From contig ML978124.1 in assembly GCA_010015805.1 (NCBI GenBank), positions 868,001-932,000 of the forward strand: a stretch of DNA of 64,000 nucleotides. Reading direction: 5' to 3'. This stretch comes from Rhizodiscina lignyota. Its lineage: Eukaryota. Under the pieces are notes generated by a model, which was not told the DNA's origin, searched no databases, and saw only the letters and a list, made by a program, of their open reading frames with translations. Every line of letters begins with the position of its first letter. Position 1 is the stretch's first letter. The position numbers and the translations under genes are program-made. Shown here one piece after another: positions 1 to 13,425 of this stretch.

Positions 1-290
1 TTATCTCATACCTACCGGTGAACCCGGTCCGGGAACTCAACCTTGTCTATGCCTTGATACCGCCAATATGACCAGCAATCGTGCTCGGCTGCTCGAAAAC
101 GGCTAGTCCTAAGCTCGATAAAGCTGCGCGATCAACGCTGGAGAAGTGCAGGTACGATCGCAATGTAACGCACCGGCACCACATTCTCCTCTTCTCGAGC
201 TCAAGCTCCGCATCATGATATACCAGCCACCATGGCTCATATCATGGAAACATTCTCCAGGTACCATTGCCTGCGACAATCCAGTCTGAA

Positions 291-2930
291 ATGTGGTCGA
301 AAAGTGGAATTGTAGCTGCAGTACAGCTTTCCGCCTTTGTTGCTGCTGCCCAGCAATATGGCAGACCATTTCTCTCGGGCCCTGGGTCGAAGAGCCTGAT
401 TCCTGGATGGTCCTTACAATCCTCTGCAAAGACAGGAAGCATCTCGAGTGTCTCTCATCCGAGTGTAGATACCTCGTCGTGGTATAACATTGGCCCAAGA
501 GCCACAGTTTTTGGTGGTCTCCTCGACGCTGGCGTTTATACCGATACTCAACTTTGGTACCACACAAATTTAGTCACAACACCAGACTACTCTGAATTCG
601 CTGTGCCTTGGATATACCGACATGAGTTCTCCCTCTCCACAGGAAAGGGCTCGCACTACTTCCTCATCACGAACGGCATAACCTCTAAAGCGGACGTTTA
701 TCTCAATGGTCACGAGATTGCCTCCAAGCTTGTCCAAGCCGGTGCCTACGGAGGTTTAACATTCGACATTACCAATGCGGTTGGCAAAGAGAATGCATTG
801 GCAATCCAGGCGTACCCAACGGACTACAACTTGGACTTTGCACTCGGATTCGTTGATTGGAATCCTTACCCACCAGACAATGGCACAGGCGTCTGGAGGG
901 ATGTCTATGTCAAAGAAACTGGCCCGGTTGCTCTGGGATCCTTGAGGATTGTGACCGACTACGCAGGTGGTAGTGTGGAAAAAGTCAATGTGATGTTGAA
1001 GGTAGCTGTCACGAATTTGGAAGACGAATCTGTGACGGTGAAGTTCGCTGGTGCAATTGAGGACGAAAGCGGGAGCAATATCGGAAAGCCTTCCACAGTG
1101 CTGAAACTATCTCCTCATGAGAGTAAGACTGTCACATTGTCTACTTCAGTCAGCCATCCGAAGATCTGGTGGCCAAAACGCTGGGGCGGTCAGCCTCTTT
1201 ATGCGGCTCAAATTTCTGCTACGGTTGGCAAGGGGCTTTCAGACATCACCGAGAAGCGTAATTTTGGTATCCGCCACGTCACTTCTCATGTCAACGAGCA
1301 TAACGATACCATCTTCGCTGTCAATGGCCATCCATTCCAAGCCATCGGCGGAGGTTACTCTCCAGACATGTTCCTCCGCTGGGATTCTACTAGGTTTACC
1401 ACAATAGCTCAGTACATGCTCGACATGGGTCTCAACACTTTGCGTCTGGAAGGCAAATCAGAGCACCCAGAGCTCTACGACATCGCAGACCGTCTAGGCC
1501 TTATGATCATGCCAGGCTGGGAGTGCTGTGACAAATGGGAAGGCTGGTCTTACAATGATGAAGTCAGCGGTGTTCCTTTGTGGAATGCGAATGATTATCA
1601 AACTGCAAACCATTCAATAAGACACGAGGCGGCCATGATGCAAAGCCATCCTTCAATACTTGCTTTCCTGGTTGGTAGCGACTTTTACCCCAACGACGCC
1701 GCGACGGCCATATATGTGACGGCACTCGACGACTTTGATTGGCAAAACCCAATCATCTGTTCTGCGGGCAAGTTGGGCTATCCGAAGCTCTTAGGACCAA
1801 GTGGAATGAAGATGGTTGGCCCGTACGACTGGGTTCCGCCAGACTATTGGTATACTAAGCAACTCGGTGCAGCTTTCGGCTTCGGCTCTGAGCTCGGTGC
1901 AGGTGTCGGCACGCCTGAGAAGAGGAGTTTACAGCGCTTCCTCACCGAGAGTGACCAGAACGACCTGTGGCAACACCCAGACAAGACTCTTTACCACATG
2001 AGCACGAACGTATCATCATTTTTCAACCGCAAAATCTATGACACTGCGCTTTGGCACCGCCATGGACCACCAACCAGCTTGGATAACTACCTGATTAAAG
2101 CACAGATGATGGATTACGAAGCTACAAAGGCTGAATTTGAAGCGTATGGAGCACTATGGAGCGATCCATATCCTGCCACCGGCGCGATATACTGGATGTT
2201 GAACAATGCCTGGCCGAGCTTGCACTGGAATCTCTTCGACTACTACCTGCACCCAGCTGGAGCATATTTCGGTACGAAGGCTGCAGCAAGAGACGAGACC
2301 GCTGCGTATGATTACATGAACAAGACAATCTATTTGATCAACCGCTCGCTGGCCGCTAGTGGCTCGAGGACAATTGATCTTGAGCTCCTAAGCTCCGAAG
2401 GAAAGTCGCTATCCAAACAGTCAGTCACTGCAGACACGGAGCCAGATAGTAGCAAGATTGTGATCTCCAATGTAAAAGGCATTGAGAGCATCAAGGGCGT
2501 TGCATTCCTGCGCTTGCTCCTATCGGATGCTCATGGCGAAGTGCTCAGCAAGAATGTTTACTGGCTCTCTAATTCAGTAGACGAGATGGACTTCGATAAC
2601 TCGACGTGGTACTACACCCCTGTCACAAAATATTCGGACTACACAGCCCTAAGTAAGATGTCGAGTGCTCACGTGAAGACGTCCGTAAAGAAAGGAGGTT
2701 CGGGTTACTCAGTCACTTTGGAAAACACCAGCGGGATACCAGCGGTCTTCATTGGATTGAATGTTGTTGGGTCTGATGGAAACTACGTTGAACCAGTGTT
2801 CTGGTCCGACAATTATGTTACGCTCTGGCCAAAGGAGACGGTCTCTTTGGATGTCAGCTTTGCAGCGAAAGGCGCGTTTATTGAGCTGAGGGGCATGAAT
2901 GTTGCTCAGGCGAAGATCACGTTATCTTGA
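291..2930 (+). CDS. Secreted glycoside hydrolase family 2, exo-beta-D-glucosaminidase-like
   Basis: Intronless ORF of about 880 aa. ATG at 291 begins a signal-peptide-like N-terminus (MWSKSGIVAAVQLSAFVAAA). Carries motifs of fungal/actinomycete GlcNases: FVDWNPYPPDNGTGVWRDV, LNTLRLEGK, GWECCDKWE, FLVGSD, GPYDWVPP, GFGSELGAG, YWMLNNAWPSLHWNLFDYY. Confidence 0.9.
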   Translation: MWSKSGIVAAVQLSAFVAAAQQYGRPFLSGPGSKSLIPGWSLQSSAKTGSISSVSHPSVDTSSWYNIGPRATVFGGLLDAGVYTDTQLWYHTNLVTTPDYSEFAVPWIYRHEFSLSTGKGSHYFLITNGITSKADVYLNGHEIASKLVQAGAYGGLTFDITNAVGKENALAIQAYPTDYNLDFALGFVDWNPYPPDNGTGVWRDVYVKETGPVALGSLRIVTDYAGGSVEKVNVMLKVAVTNLEDESVTVKFAGAIEDESGSNIGKPSTVLKLSPHESKTVTLSTSVSHPKIWWPKRWGGQPLYAAQISATVGKGLSDITEKRNFGIRHVTSHVNEHNDTIFAVNGHPFQAIGGGYSPDMFLRWDSTRFTTIAQYMLDMGLNTLRLEGKSEHPELYDIADRLGLMIMPGWECCDKWEGWSYNDEVSGVPLWNANDYQTANHSIRHEAAMMQSHPSILAFLVGSDFYPNDAATAIYVTALDDFDWQNPIICSAGKLGYPKLLGPSGMKMVGPYDWVPPDYWYTKQLGAAFGFGSELGAGVGTPEKRSLQRFLTESDQNDLWQHPDKTLYHMSTNVSSFFNRKIYDTALWHRHGPPTSLDNYLIKAQMMDYEATKAEFEAYGALWSDPYPATGAIYWMLNNAWPSLHWNLFDYYLHPAGAYFGTKAAARDETAAYDYMNKTIYLINRSLAASGSRTIDLELLSSEGKSLSKQSVTADTEPDSSKIVISNVKGIESIKGVAFLRLLLSDAHGEVLSKNVYWLSNSVDEMDFDNSTWYYTPVTKYSDYTALSKMSSAHVKTSVKKGGSGYSVTLENTSGIPAVFIGLNVVGSDGNYVEPVFWSDNYVTLWPKETVSLDVSFAAKGAFIELRGMNVAQAKITLS

Positions 2931-3083
2931 AATGATTTCCACGCATGTAACGAAGGTCTGACGATTTCGGCTATTTGAAATGTAGTCAGTTTTTAGCTGG
3001 AGCGACTGCGGATATTCAGTCTGAAAATGCATCCCAAAGCATTAGTACTCCAATCAATGAGAAACATACTCAATGCGTTCCTC

Positions 3084-4030
3084 TCATTGCATATAGCTCT
3101 TTTGCGTGAGCTCGTCGATCAAATCGAAATGCATCTTTCCGCTGAACCAGCCAGCCCTGTGGGTACCTGCAACTCCCCTGGTGTACGTGGCCTCCTCATC
3201 ACTCATCTTGCTCGTCACACCTCCACGGCCAGTCGCAGCAGCGTCTGCGAGCAGTTGGCACTGGCAGGCCTTCTCGAGTGTGTAGTACCAGCTGACAGCT
3301 TCTTCGATCGTCTCGCCAACAGTGAGCAGGCCGTGGTTTCGGAGGAGAGCGGCTTTCTTGTCTTTGAGGTCTACGGCAATGTCGCATCCTTCATCTTCAG
3401 CGAGCACGACGCCCTTGCCCTCGAAGACGACATGATCCTAGGAAATCTTGATTAGTGTCTTATCATTTAAGTGCGTTATTGATAGAGGCTTACATCGTGG
3501 AAGATGCACGCCTCCAATGAGATCGGGTCCAATGGCCTGCCCAGGGCACAGAAAGCACGGCCGTATACGGAGTGAGTGTGTGCTGCGCACAGAACGTCTG
3601 GGCGAGCCGCATGGATCGCACCGTGGATGAGGAACGCCGCGCGGTTGAGCACCTTCACCTTTCCGTGGTTAAGAATGTTTCCGTGGTGGTCCACGCGGAG
3701 GAGATCGCTCTTGTTGATGAGGTTGAAATCCACGCCAAATGGGTTGACCCAGAAGGTCTCTGGCTCGATTGGGTCGCGCACTGTGATGTGACCTGCGGCA
3801 CCCTCGTTAAGTCCGTAGTGGCCGAAGATTCTGTATGCGGCTGCCAATCGGCCCTTGATCCATTCACGCTCTTCATACTTGTTGCTGAACTGCGGCTTGG
3901 ATGGGTTTGTGAAGCCTACATCCTGGTTGGCGGTGGACTTGAAGTCCATCTTCTTGACATGACCGTTGGTTTCTCCATTGGTCGCAAGAGGAATGGACTG
4001 AGTGGTCTGGGTGATGGTTTCTGTGGCCAT
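3084..4030 (-). CDS. Class II aldolase/adducin-domain protein
   Basis: Two ORFs joined by a GTAAGC...CTAAT...TAG intron (about 3438-3491). Motifs EGAAGHITVRDP, FWVNPFG, IHGAIHAARPDVLCAAHTHS, LLRNHGLLTVG. Confidence 0.9.
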
Positions 4031-5806
4031 GTTGAATAATTGGAATGAGGTTGAGTGGAATAAGTTTAAAAGAATGGGTTGTTTGCTTAGAAAAGTTCAC
4101 GATATGATTTGACACTCTTATGTCGAAAGTGGGTACTTTTCCGTCTGAAGACTTTTCCGTGAGGAGATAGAAGATAGAGAGGAGAAAAAGGGACCGATTG
4201 GATGTTGCGGACCGAGAACGTCCATCATATATAGAAAAGCAACGATTGTACAGATATAGTTGGACGGCGTTCCGTGACACCCGTCTTGCACAATCTGTCC
4301 CTGTGACGTCCAATGCCCCTCATTAACTCTGGGCTCTGGACGCGGACTATCGCAGATAGGGAGGATTAGGTAAGACCCTAAATTTTGGAACCGGTTGTAG
4401 AATAGTGACGATCAGAATATCCAAGAGCTGTGTGTGGCCAACAACTCAGGGTTGGAATGTGCTCAATGGGTCAATATCAGGGACATCCCATTGTGAGATG
4501 TGGGCAGGCTTACGACGGGCATGAGCTGCTTGCGAGCCAGCCTATAACCATTGTCGCCGTCAGCTTTGGCCATTACGATATCGGAAGCTTCCGATTTGTC
4601 CTGCTGTGACAGAGTATGGATATATGACTCGCAGACGATGCACTCGGTAGGAGAATGAAAGACGGCCGCCCCTGGTGGTTCGGAGCTGCTGGCAGTATTT
4701 ATATCAGCGAAGCGAAATTACATAAGGGGACACTGACCACCAACCCCTCCACTTCTGACCTATATTTTTTACTGGGATTAAATTCGAAGAGCATTTTCTT
4801 CCGCTCTGACTCTTCCTACATTTGTTTTGTGCTTAAACAGAGCAGAAGCCCTCCCAGTTACACCTCTTCCGCGACGACTGGCGGACGGGACGCAGACCCG
4901 CCTCGATACCGTGATGCCGCCATAGAGTAGAACAGCTTCCAAAGTATCGTACTCCGTTCGGACTGTACACCATTCGGACCGTACAGTTGGGGCATATCAT
5001 TGGTAAATACCTCAGGACACACATCCCCATCAAGATGTTTCGCACGCAAAGCCCCAATTGTACCCAGATCACCCGAGAACCGAATCCCACTCGTCCAGCA
5101 AGCAGCGCCATTTCTCCACTGCCGCCTGCAAGTTCTCTCAAAGAAATCCCTGCGAAGATCCCGCTTTCCCGCAGACGCTCGTCATTATACGCACATCGTG
5201 AACTCCTCCCCACTTCTCTCCTCAATTCTTCTCGGCGTATCGCGCGGACTTTGTGGACTCTGCCGGAACGCTTCCTGCCTCGATGGTGCAATGTTAATGT
5301 CACATGGGATATCTATCACAGTTCATTTCAAATCACTTGCAGGGCCATCCGGACTCCGATAGATGAGGGGGAACATTAAGCTTGAACGGTAGCCAATGGC
5401 TAAGTAGGCGCTAGATCTCTCCATAGGTTATTGTAACCTCATCCTTTTTATCCGCCTCCAAATCTCCCTGTCGGTTTCTCTGGCGTTCATGCAAGTTTCG
5501 TAGGTGGCGTCTCAACTGCACGATTCCTTCCCCGCAAGATGCAATCCTACATTTCGGCTCGGGACGACATCACCGAGTATCCACCTTCCTGCTATGGTCA
5601 CGATGGTGGTTAGCTGCCCTGTAGACATTGTGATGGTGGAGTTGTAGTTGATTTCCCGTGTTGCCTTGTGATCAAGCTGCTCTGTTGTTCCTGACTTTAG
5701 CCTGCCGGAGAAGTTTGCGGTACCTCTTCTCTGCGCTAAAAGGATTCCATTCCCTCACGATGGCCCTCGTAGGTGGGGTCATAGCCTTTAAAGCTTGTTC
5801 TCAAAA

Positions 5807-7844
<2,038 letters not shown>

Positions 7845-7986
7845 TGGGCTGGTTGTGTAGCGAAGAGCCGTAGGAGAACGAGGTAGATAACTCCTATCAC
7901 ATAGTGATACACGAAGTAGCATCTGCTCCACGAAGAAAGCTAACCGTACCTGATGATATTATGCTCAATGGATGATGCCAGTCACA

Positions 7987-8937
7987 CTAAACATGCTCGA
8001 TCAAAAAATCCAAACCTTTCTGCACATAGTCCTCCCAATGGTCATCCATCTCGTCGATGGTCGCATCATACCCGTGCCCCTTTCCTCCCACAATAACCAT
8101 ATCGGTGTCCACACCAAGCTCCTTCAACTGCGCATATGCCTTCTTCGAGATCTCTACGCTCACGAGATTATCCTTCTCACCGTGGGCGAAGAACGTGGGC
8201 GGAAATTCGCTTGAGAACCTCGTCGGCGGATCGAACTTGTCGAAATCTCCACCCGTGATGGCCTCGACAAGCGTACCCGTCTTCATCCGCGTCATCAGCC
8301 ATGCTGTGCGCGCGTCCATACCCGTATTCTCATCCTTCGCGCGGTCTGCTGGGAGCTGGGTGACAGACGTGACGACCGGCTCGGAGAAGACCTTCTCTAT
8401 GAACTTCTTGTCGAAGTCTGGGACCGGCAGGTCAACCGACTTGGTCCACCATTCGTCCGACAAATACATTGTGCCGTAGAAGTCAAGCACGGCCTTCGGT
8501 TTTGGCGTCTCAAGACCCAAGAGCATCGCCATATGTGCGCCGCTACTATACCCCATCACCGCGATCCTGTTTCCATCAACCTCGATGTCAAAGTCGTCCC
8601 ACATCAGCTTCGGCAGCTCCGTGCGGCACCAGTGGTATGCATCCCGGGTATCCGCCACCGGGCCATCCGCTAAGGAGACATTAGGAAACAGGCGATGGTC
8701 GATCGAGACCACGACGATGTTGTTGCGGCAGAGGTGCTCGATCTGTGGCGTGGGCTTCTCGGAGCGCGCGCCGGTGGAGTAGCCGCCGCCGTGGATGGAG
8801 AGGACGATGGGTTTTGGCTCGTCAAAGCTGTTGGTATAGTGCGCGGTCGCGAGGATGGGGCGCTTCGAGTCGAAGGTTTTGTAGGTGTAGTTTTCGGACT
8901 GGACTTTGAGGAAGGGTGAGATTGGGGTGTCGAACAT
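7987..8937 (-). CDS. Alpha/beta-hydrolase (esterase/lipase, HSL-like)
   Basis: 316 aa intronless ORF with HGGG oxyanion motif, GYSSG nucleophile elbow, FPPTFFAHGEKD and GKGHGYD. Confidence 0.88.
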   Translation of the reverse strand: MFDTPISPFLKVQSENYTYKTFDSKRPILATAHYTNSFDEPKPIVLSIHGGGYSTGARSEKPTPQIEHLCRNNIVVVSIDHRLFPNVSLADGPVADTRDAYHWCRTELPKLMWDDFDIEVDGNRIAVMGYSSGAHMAMLLGLETPKPKAVLDFYGTMYLSDEWWTKSVDLPVPDFDKKFIEKVFSEPVVTSVTQLPADRAKDENTGMDARTAWLMTRMKTGTLVEAITGGDFDKFDPPTRFSSEFPPTFFAHGEKDNLVSVEISKKAYAQLKELGVDTDMVIVGGKGHGYDATIDEMDDHWEDYVQKGLDFLIEHV

Positions 8938-10288
8938 TTTGGCGACTTGGTTTCGGCTCCTGGCTCCTGGCTCTTATGCTAGTTCACTGATATCGGTTTG
9001 GAGAGAATAATTGACAGACACTGAAATGTTGGAGAGACAAATCTTCTTTTATGGAAATTCAATAATTCCGCGGTGTCATCTTTGGACTTTATCTATCCCT
9101 GCATCGGGTCCGAATAAGACGGCAAGCTCGTCATAATGCAGGCAGTAGTTGAGCACAGAATAGAACATAATAGTGCTCTTAGAAAAGGCAGTAGATTCGA
9201 TTTCGAGATGGCATAGTATGAGATATTGCATATACCCAAAATAACAGGTGTGATACGTTAGAAAATGCTCCATGTTGTGCAATCATGCCTCTGATTCCTA
9301 CTCAGAGTCATATCGTACTCCAAGAACTCTTACTGGGCGAGCGGTTCGGTATCATAATAAGGCAGCCGCTCAAGTCATCGATACAGGTGGACATGAGGCG
9401 TGAGCGCAAGTTGCAGGTGGACTTCTCACGTTGTCTTCGGCGCGCTAGCTTGATGGAGGGCGCCACGGTGACATCTGCTCTCGTGACGTTGACTACGACG
9501 TTAGGCTGTCGTTCGTGTACCACAACGCAGTGAAACAGGCATTAATAATAAAAGCATTTCAGAGGAACCCAGCCAGACATGGAGCAATGCGAGTAGAAAA
9601 AGCGCCGTTGAAGGTTGCATTTGCTCGTCTGTCAGCGGACATGCAGGGGAAGGTGAGTAGCATCGACCGCCGTGCTCCAGGGGCAACTTCGAGCAAGTTT
9701 CGAAACGAGGGGAGGAGCAGCGCGCTCGCCTCCGCCATTTCGACGGCGCAAGGCAGGCGGTCAGGCGGACAGAATTCGTCGCAGACGGTGGTCTAGTGCG
9801 CGTGGGCCGAGACGCAAATGCAGTCATGCCAGAAGTAGATGAATCGCAGAAGTTGGTGTGAAGCTTCGTGCAGGTCTGGCGCTTGCAAATAACGAAAGCG
9901 GCCGGGGGGGTGGTCATGGTCGCCGCCGCCTCTCCACGCTCCGACCTCCCCATCTCTCGACACCAGCCCTGGTGTCCTCTCTCTGCTTCACCCGCCCCGC
10001 TGCCCTTCCTGCCCTCGTCGACCAGCGACGGCATCCTCCCTCTATCCCCTTGAGAAGAGTCCCTTCTCCCTTTCGGCTGGCTGGGGCATACAAGGTCCAA
10101 TCGGCCAACCACCATACCAGCTCCGCCGCACGCCGAAAGCAGACGACCATCACTTCCCAGCAAAGTCGCACGTTCGGCAGAGGCAATATCGCCGTTGCCC
10201 AACACGCCCCCAAAGACTTCGCAATTCTCAAAAGTCGAGCACCGAAGGGTCTCTGTCGCCTCCTCCTTTGCGTGCTGCCAAGCTGCGT

Positions 10289-10354
10289 ATGAGATCAGAC
10301 CCTGAGCTTCACCTCACCGCGGACGTTTGCCAACTCCAACGGTCCAACGTTTAA
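10289..10354 (+). other. Candidate uORF (MRSDPELHLTADVCQLQRSNV) in the leader of the F-box/WD40 gene
   Basis: ATG at 10289 in weak context (cgtATGa), TAA at 10352-10354, 50 nt before the main aaaATGg at 10405. The transcription start is unknown. Confidence 0.3.
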
Positions 10355-10404
10355 CTACACCAGCCCGCCCCGCAACACCCTAACCGCCACTCTTTCTCTC
10401 TAAA

Positions 10405-12677
10405 ATGGACGAAGACACCATCTTGCTACAGGAGGATCAGAGTATGGATTATGCAGAGTCCTCAGAAACCTCCTCGGGCCTCCCTCCTCCGCCCTCAATA
10501 TTCCCTTCTCCTGTTGCTCGCTCCAAGCGGAAAGGACCTATGACGCGACCTCCACCACGGCCCATACATACTCCCAGCAGTCCAAACTCCATGGCTGCGT
10601 CGATTCCGCACAATCTCCCTCCCTCCGCACCTGCTTCTCCGCCTACACCTGCACCCTCTCCTACACCTCTACAGCGCGCTCCGGACTGGAGTACCGCCGC
10701 CGAACATGAAGACACGAACATCCGGGATGTTCGCGCACTGTTTGTGGAGATGACAGATACGGAGAAGCAGCGACTACTAGCAGAATTGTTGAATATGTGC
10801 AATAGCCAGCAGCTGGCATTCGTACAGGAGTTTGTGTCTCCTCGACTGAAGAAGGATCCATTTGCGACGTTTCCCGATGAGCTATGTCTAAGGGTGAGTC
10901 TTTCCAACCTATATATCCTTCCTGAATCCTTTGTAACACTGGTCCCACGCAGATTTTGACTTTCATCGACGACCCAACCACCCTGGCCCGTTCTTCCCAA
11001 GTCTCGAAGCGCTGGCGCGAGCTCGTAATGGACGATATGGCGTGGAAATCGCTGTGCGAAAAGCACGCATACCGTAGATTGTCTGACGAGGCGCGCGAAG
11101 CGGACAACGAGAACCTCGCGTCTCAGCCGTCCGTCCCAACCGTGCAGACACCTGGCGCATCGCCATACAACAACCCTATTGGATTCAATTCCTTCAGACC
11201 CGCAGCTATTACCCAACTAAGCATGCCAGGTGCCTCAAATAGCGCACCAGACTTGCGAACGCAAAGTCTGGATAGGCTACGGACCCCACGAGTGGCGAAG
11301 AGGAGGCCGAAAGCGATGAGCTATCGCTCGCATTTCAAGCAGCGGTACATGGTCGAGACAGCGTGGCGCCAAGGTGGGAAAGTAGACCAGAGGCAAATAA
11401 CGCCTGATCAAGGGGTTGTGACGAGTTTACATCTGACGGAGAAGTACATTGTCGTTGCGTTGGATAATGCAAAGATTCACGTCTTTGACACAGATGGCTG
11501 CCATCAGAAAACGCTGCAAGGCCATGTTATGGGAGTATGGGCAATGGTGCCATGGGGAGACCTTCTTGTCAGTGGAGGGTGCGACAGAGAAGTCCGGGTG
11601 TGGAATATGGCTACAGGGTAAGTTCTCTGCAACCGAGTGGTCATTTTTCGAAAACATTAACGATTTCTCTCAACAGGGCTGCCATTCACACGCTCCGTGG
11701 CCATACCTCAACAGTCCGATGCTTGAAGATGTCAGACGCAAATACAGCAATCTCCGGTTCCCGAGACACTACACTGCGGATATGGGATTTGCAGAAGGGA
11801 GTTTGCAAGCACGTGCTCGTGGGCCACCAGGCCTCTGTGCGGTGTCTTGAATATCACGGCGACTTGATCGTCTCAGGGAGCTATGATACCACAGCGAGAA
11901 TATGGAGCATCAAAGAAGGGAGGTGCTTGCGCACTCTTCAGGGACACTTCAGCCAGATCTACGCGATCGCGTTTGACGGCAAGAGGATTGCGACAGGCAG
12001 TCTAGATACGAGTGTGAGGATATGGGATCCAACGAACGGGTTCGTATCAATTACATGTGGAAATCTCTGTTCACGGAGCTAATGAATATGATACAGAGCG
12101 TGCCTCGCTGTATTGCAAGGTCACACTTCCCTGGTTGGCCAGCTTCAGATGCGCGGCGACACCCTTGTCACTGGCGGCTCGGACGGCTCAGTTCGTGTCT
12201 GGAGTCTTACGGAATACACGGCCATCCACAGGCTCGCTGCACACGATAATTCGGTGACGAGTCTGCAATTCGATGACACAAGGATCGTGAGCGGAGGAAG
12301 CGATGGCAGAGTCAAGATCTGGGATTTGAAACGCGGTACCCAAGTCAGAGAACTGAGCAAACCCGCCGACGCAGTATGGAGGGTTGTATTTGAGGAGGAG
12401 AAGGCTGTTGTCATGGCGAGCAGGGGCGGGAAGACCGTTATGGAGGTGAGTGACAGCTAATTGTTCACTTCAAATCTGCAGGCAATCTTCTGACACCTAA
12501 CGCTAGGTCTGGTCCTTCTCCCCGCCTGAAGACGAATTCGAGGACTTGAGATCGGCCAGTCCGGTGAGCATGCCGGATCACACGATGACAGACTATCAGG
12601 ACGGCAAGCCGGACATCGAGATGGCAGAGGTCTCAGAGACCATTGATGACGTGGTTCCTGTGAAAGACGACAGCTAA
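10405..12677 (+). CDS. F-box and WD40-repeat protein (SCF substrate adaptor, Cdc4/Fbw7-like)
   Basis: D-domain plus F-box (LKKDPFATFPDELCLR|ILTFIDDP...SQVSKRWREL) and WD40 repeats (GH...VSGGCDREVRVW, ISGSRDTTLRIWD, VSGSYDTTARIW, ATGSLDTSVRIWD). Four introns; last exon 12507-12677. Confidence 0.9.
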
Positions 12678-13063
12678 CAAGAGATGGCGATTAGTGTGGG
12701 AGGGATGGATATGGCAACATCGACGCGGTAATGTAAGACTGCATCGGATAGTTGCTGGCAAATTTGTGCATTTGAATGGCGCCGGTGGCGGGATGTGACT
12801 GACCTGCTTCTGAAAATATGGTCGATTCGGCATTTTGATGGCGTTACCAGGATATCATCTCCCTCCCATCTGATCTGGAGGACGGCGCCAGTATTTGCGA
12901 TGGGTGGGAACCCACTTGTGATATATACGCTCTGTCTAGGTTTCGCCTCCGTCTCGTATATGACGGGAAATTTGAACATTCGTGCCTCATGCTTAACTCT
13001 ACCACTTTGCAAATGGCTTCTTGATTAGCTGGAGTAATTACGAAGAAGGTGGCTGGTCAACGT

Positions 13064-13425
13064 GGTCGGGTTAGAGTTAACTCGGCCCGATCGGCATGCC
13101 GACTGATATTTTCAGCCGAAGGCTGGAAATATGGTTAATCCGGTGCCGAGCCTCCCAGCCATATCACGTGCTCGTAACGATGAGCCAAACAATGAAGAAT
13201 CACAGCTACATAATAAGTCAACTAAAAAATAAAATAAAACAACGTGTATTTTGTTAAAGAAAGAATACTGTCTAGATGTTGAAAAAAGGGGGGATTTGGA
13301 AAACAAAAGTGCAAAACCCAACTGGCTCCCCGAATCGAACGCTTCGACTCGGGGAGACAGTAAGGAAAACCAGACTGACTGAGTTTATTAGGAAGGGCGG
13401 GGGCCCTTTGCAGTTATGTCACTAG
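13064..13425 (+). mobile_element. Hairpin-rich element with Helitron-like termini (possible non-autonomous rolling-circle relic, or a structured ncRNA)
   Basis: Hairpins at 13064-13092, 13106-13132 (ATATTTTCAGCC-GAA-GGCTGGAAATAT), 13326-13356 and 13393-13408 (AAGGGC-GGGG-GCCCTT). The last is followed 13 nt later by CTAG|T. AT-rich core, no ORF. Confidence 0.3.

Noticed and set aside
4655..5379. Overlapping short ORFs between the aldolase and carboxylesterase genes
   Set aside because: No recognisable motifs and mostly non-ATG starts; cannot support a gene.
9285..10292. ORFs of 100-230 aa on both strands upstream of the F-box gene
   Set aside because: GC-rich promoter/leader sequence giving chance ORFs; no domain signal.
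10377..10385. Telomere-like ACCCTAACC / telomerase template
   Set aside because: A single unit, expected by chance; no array or supporting structure.
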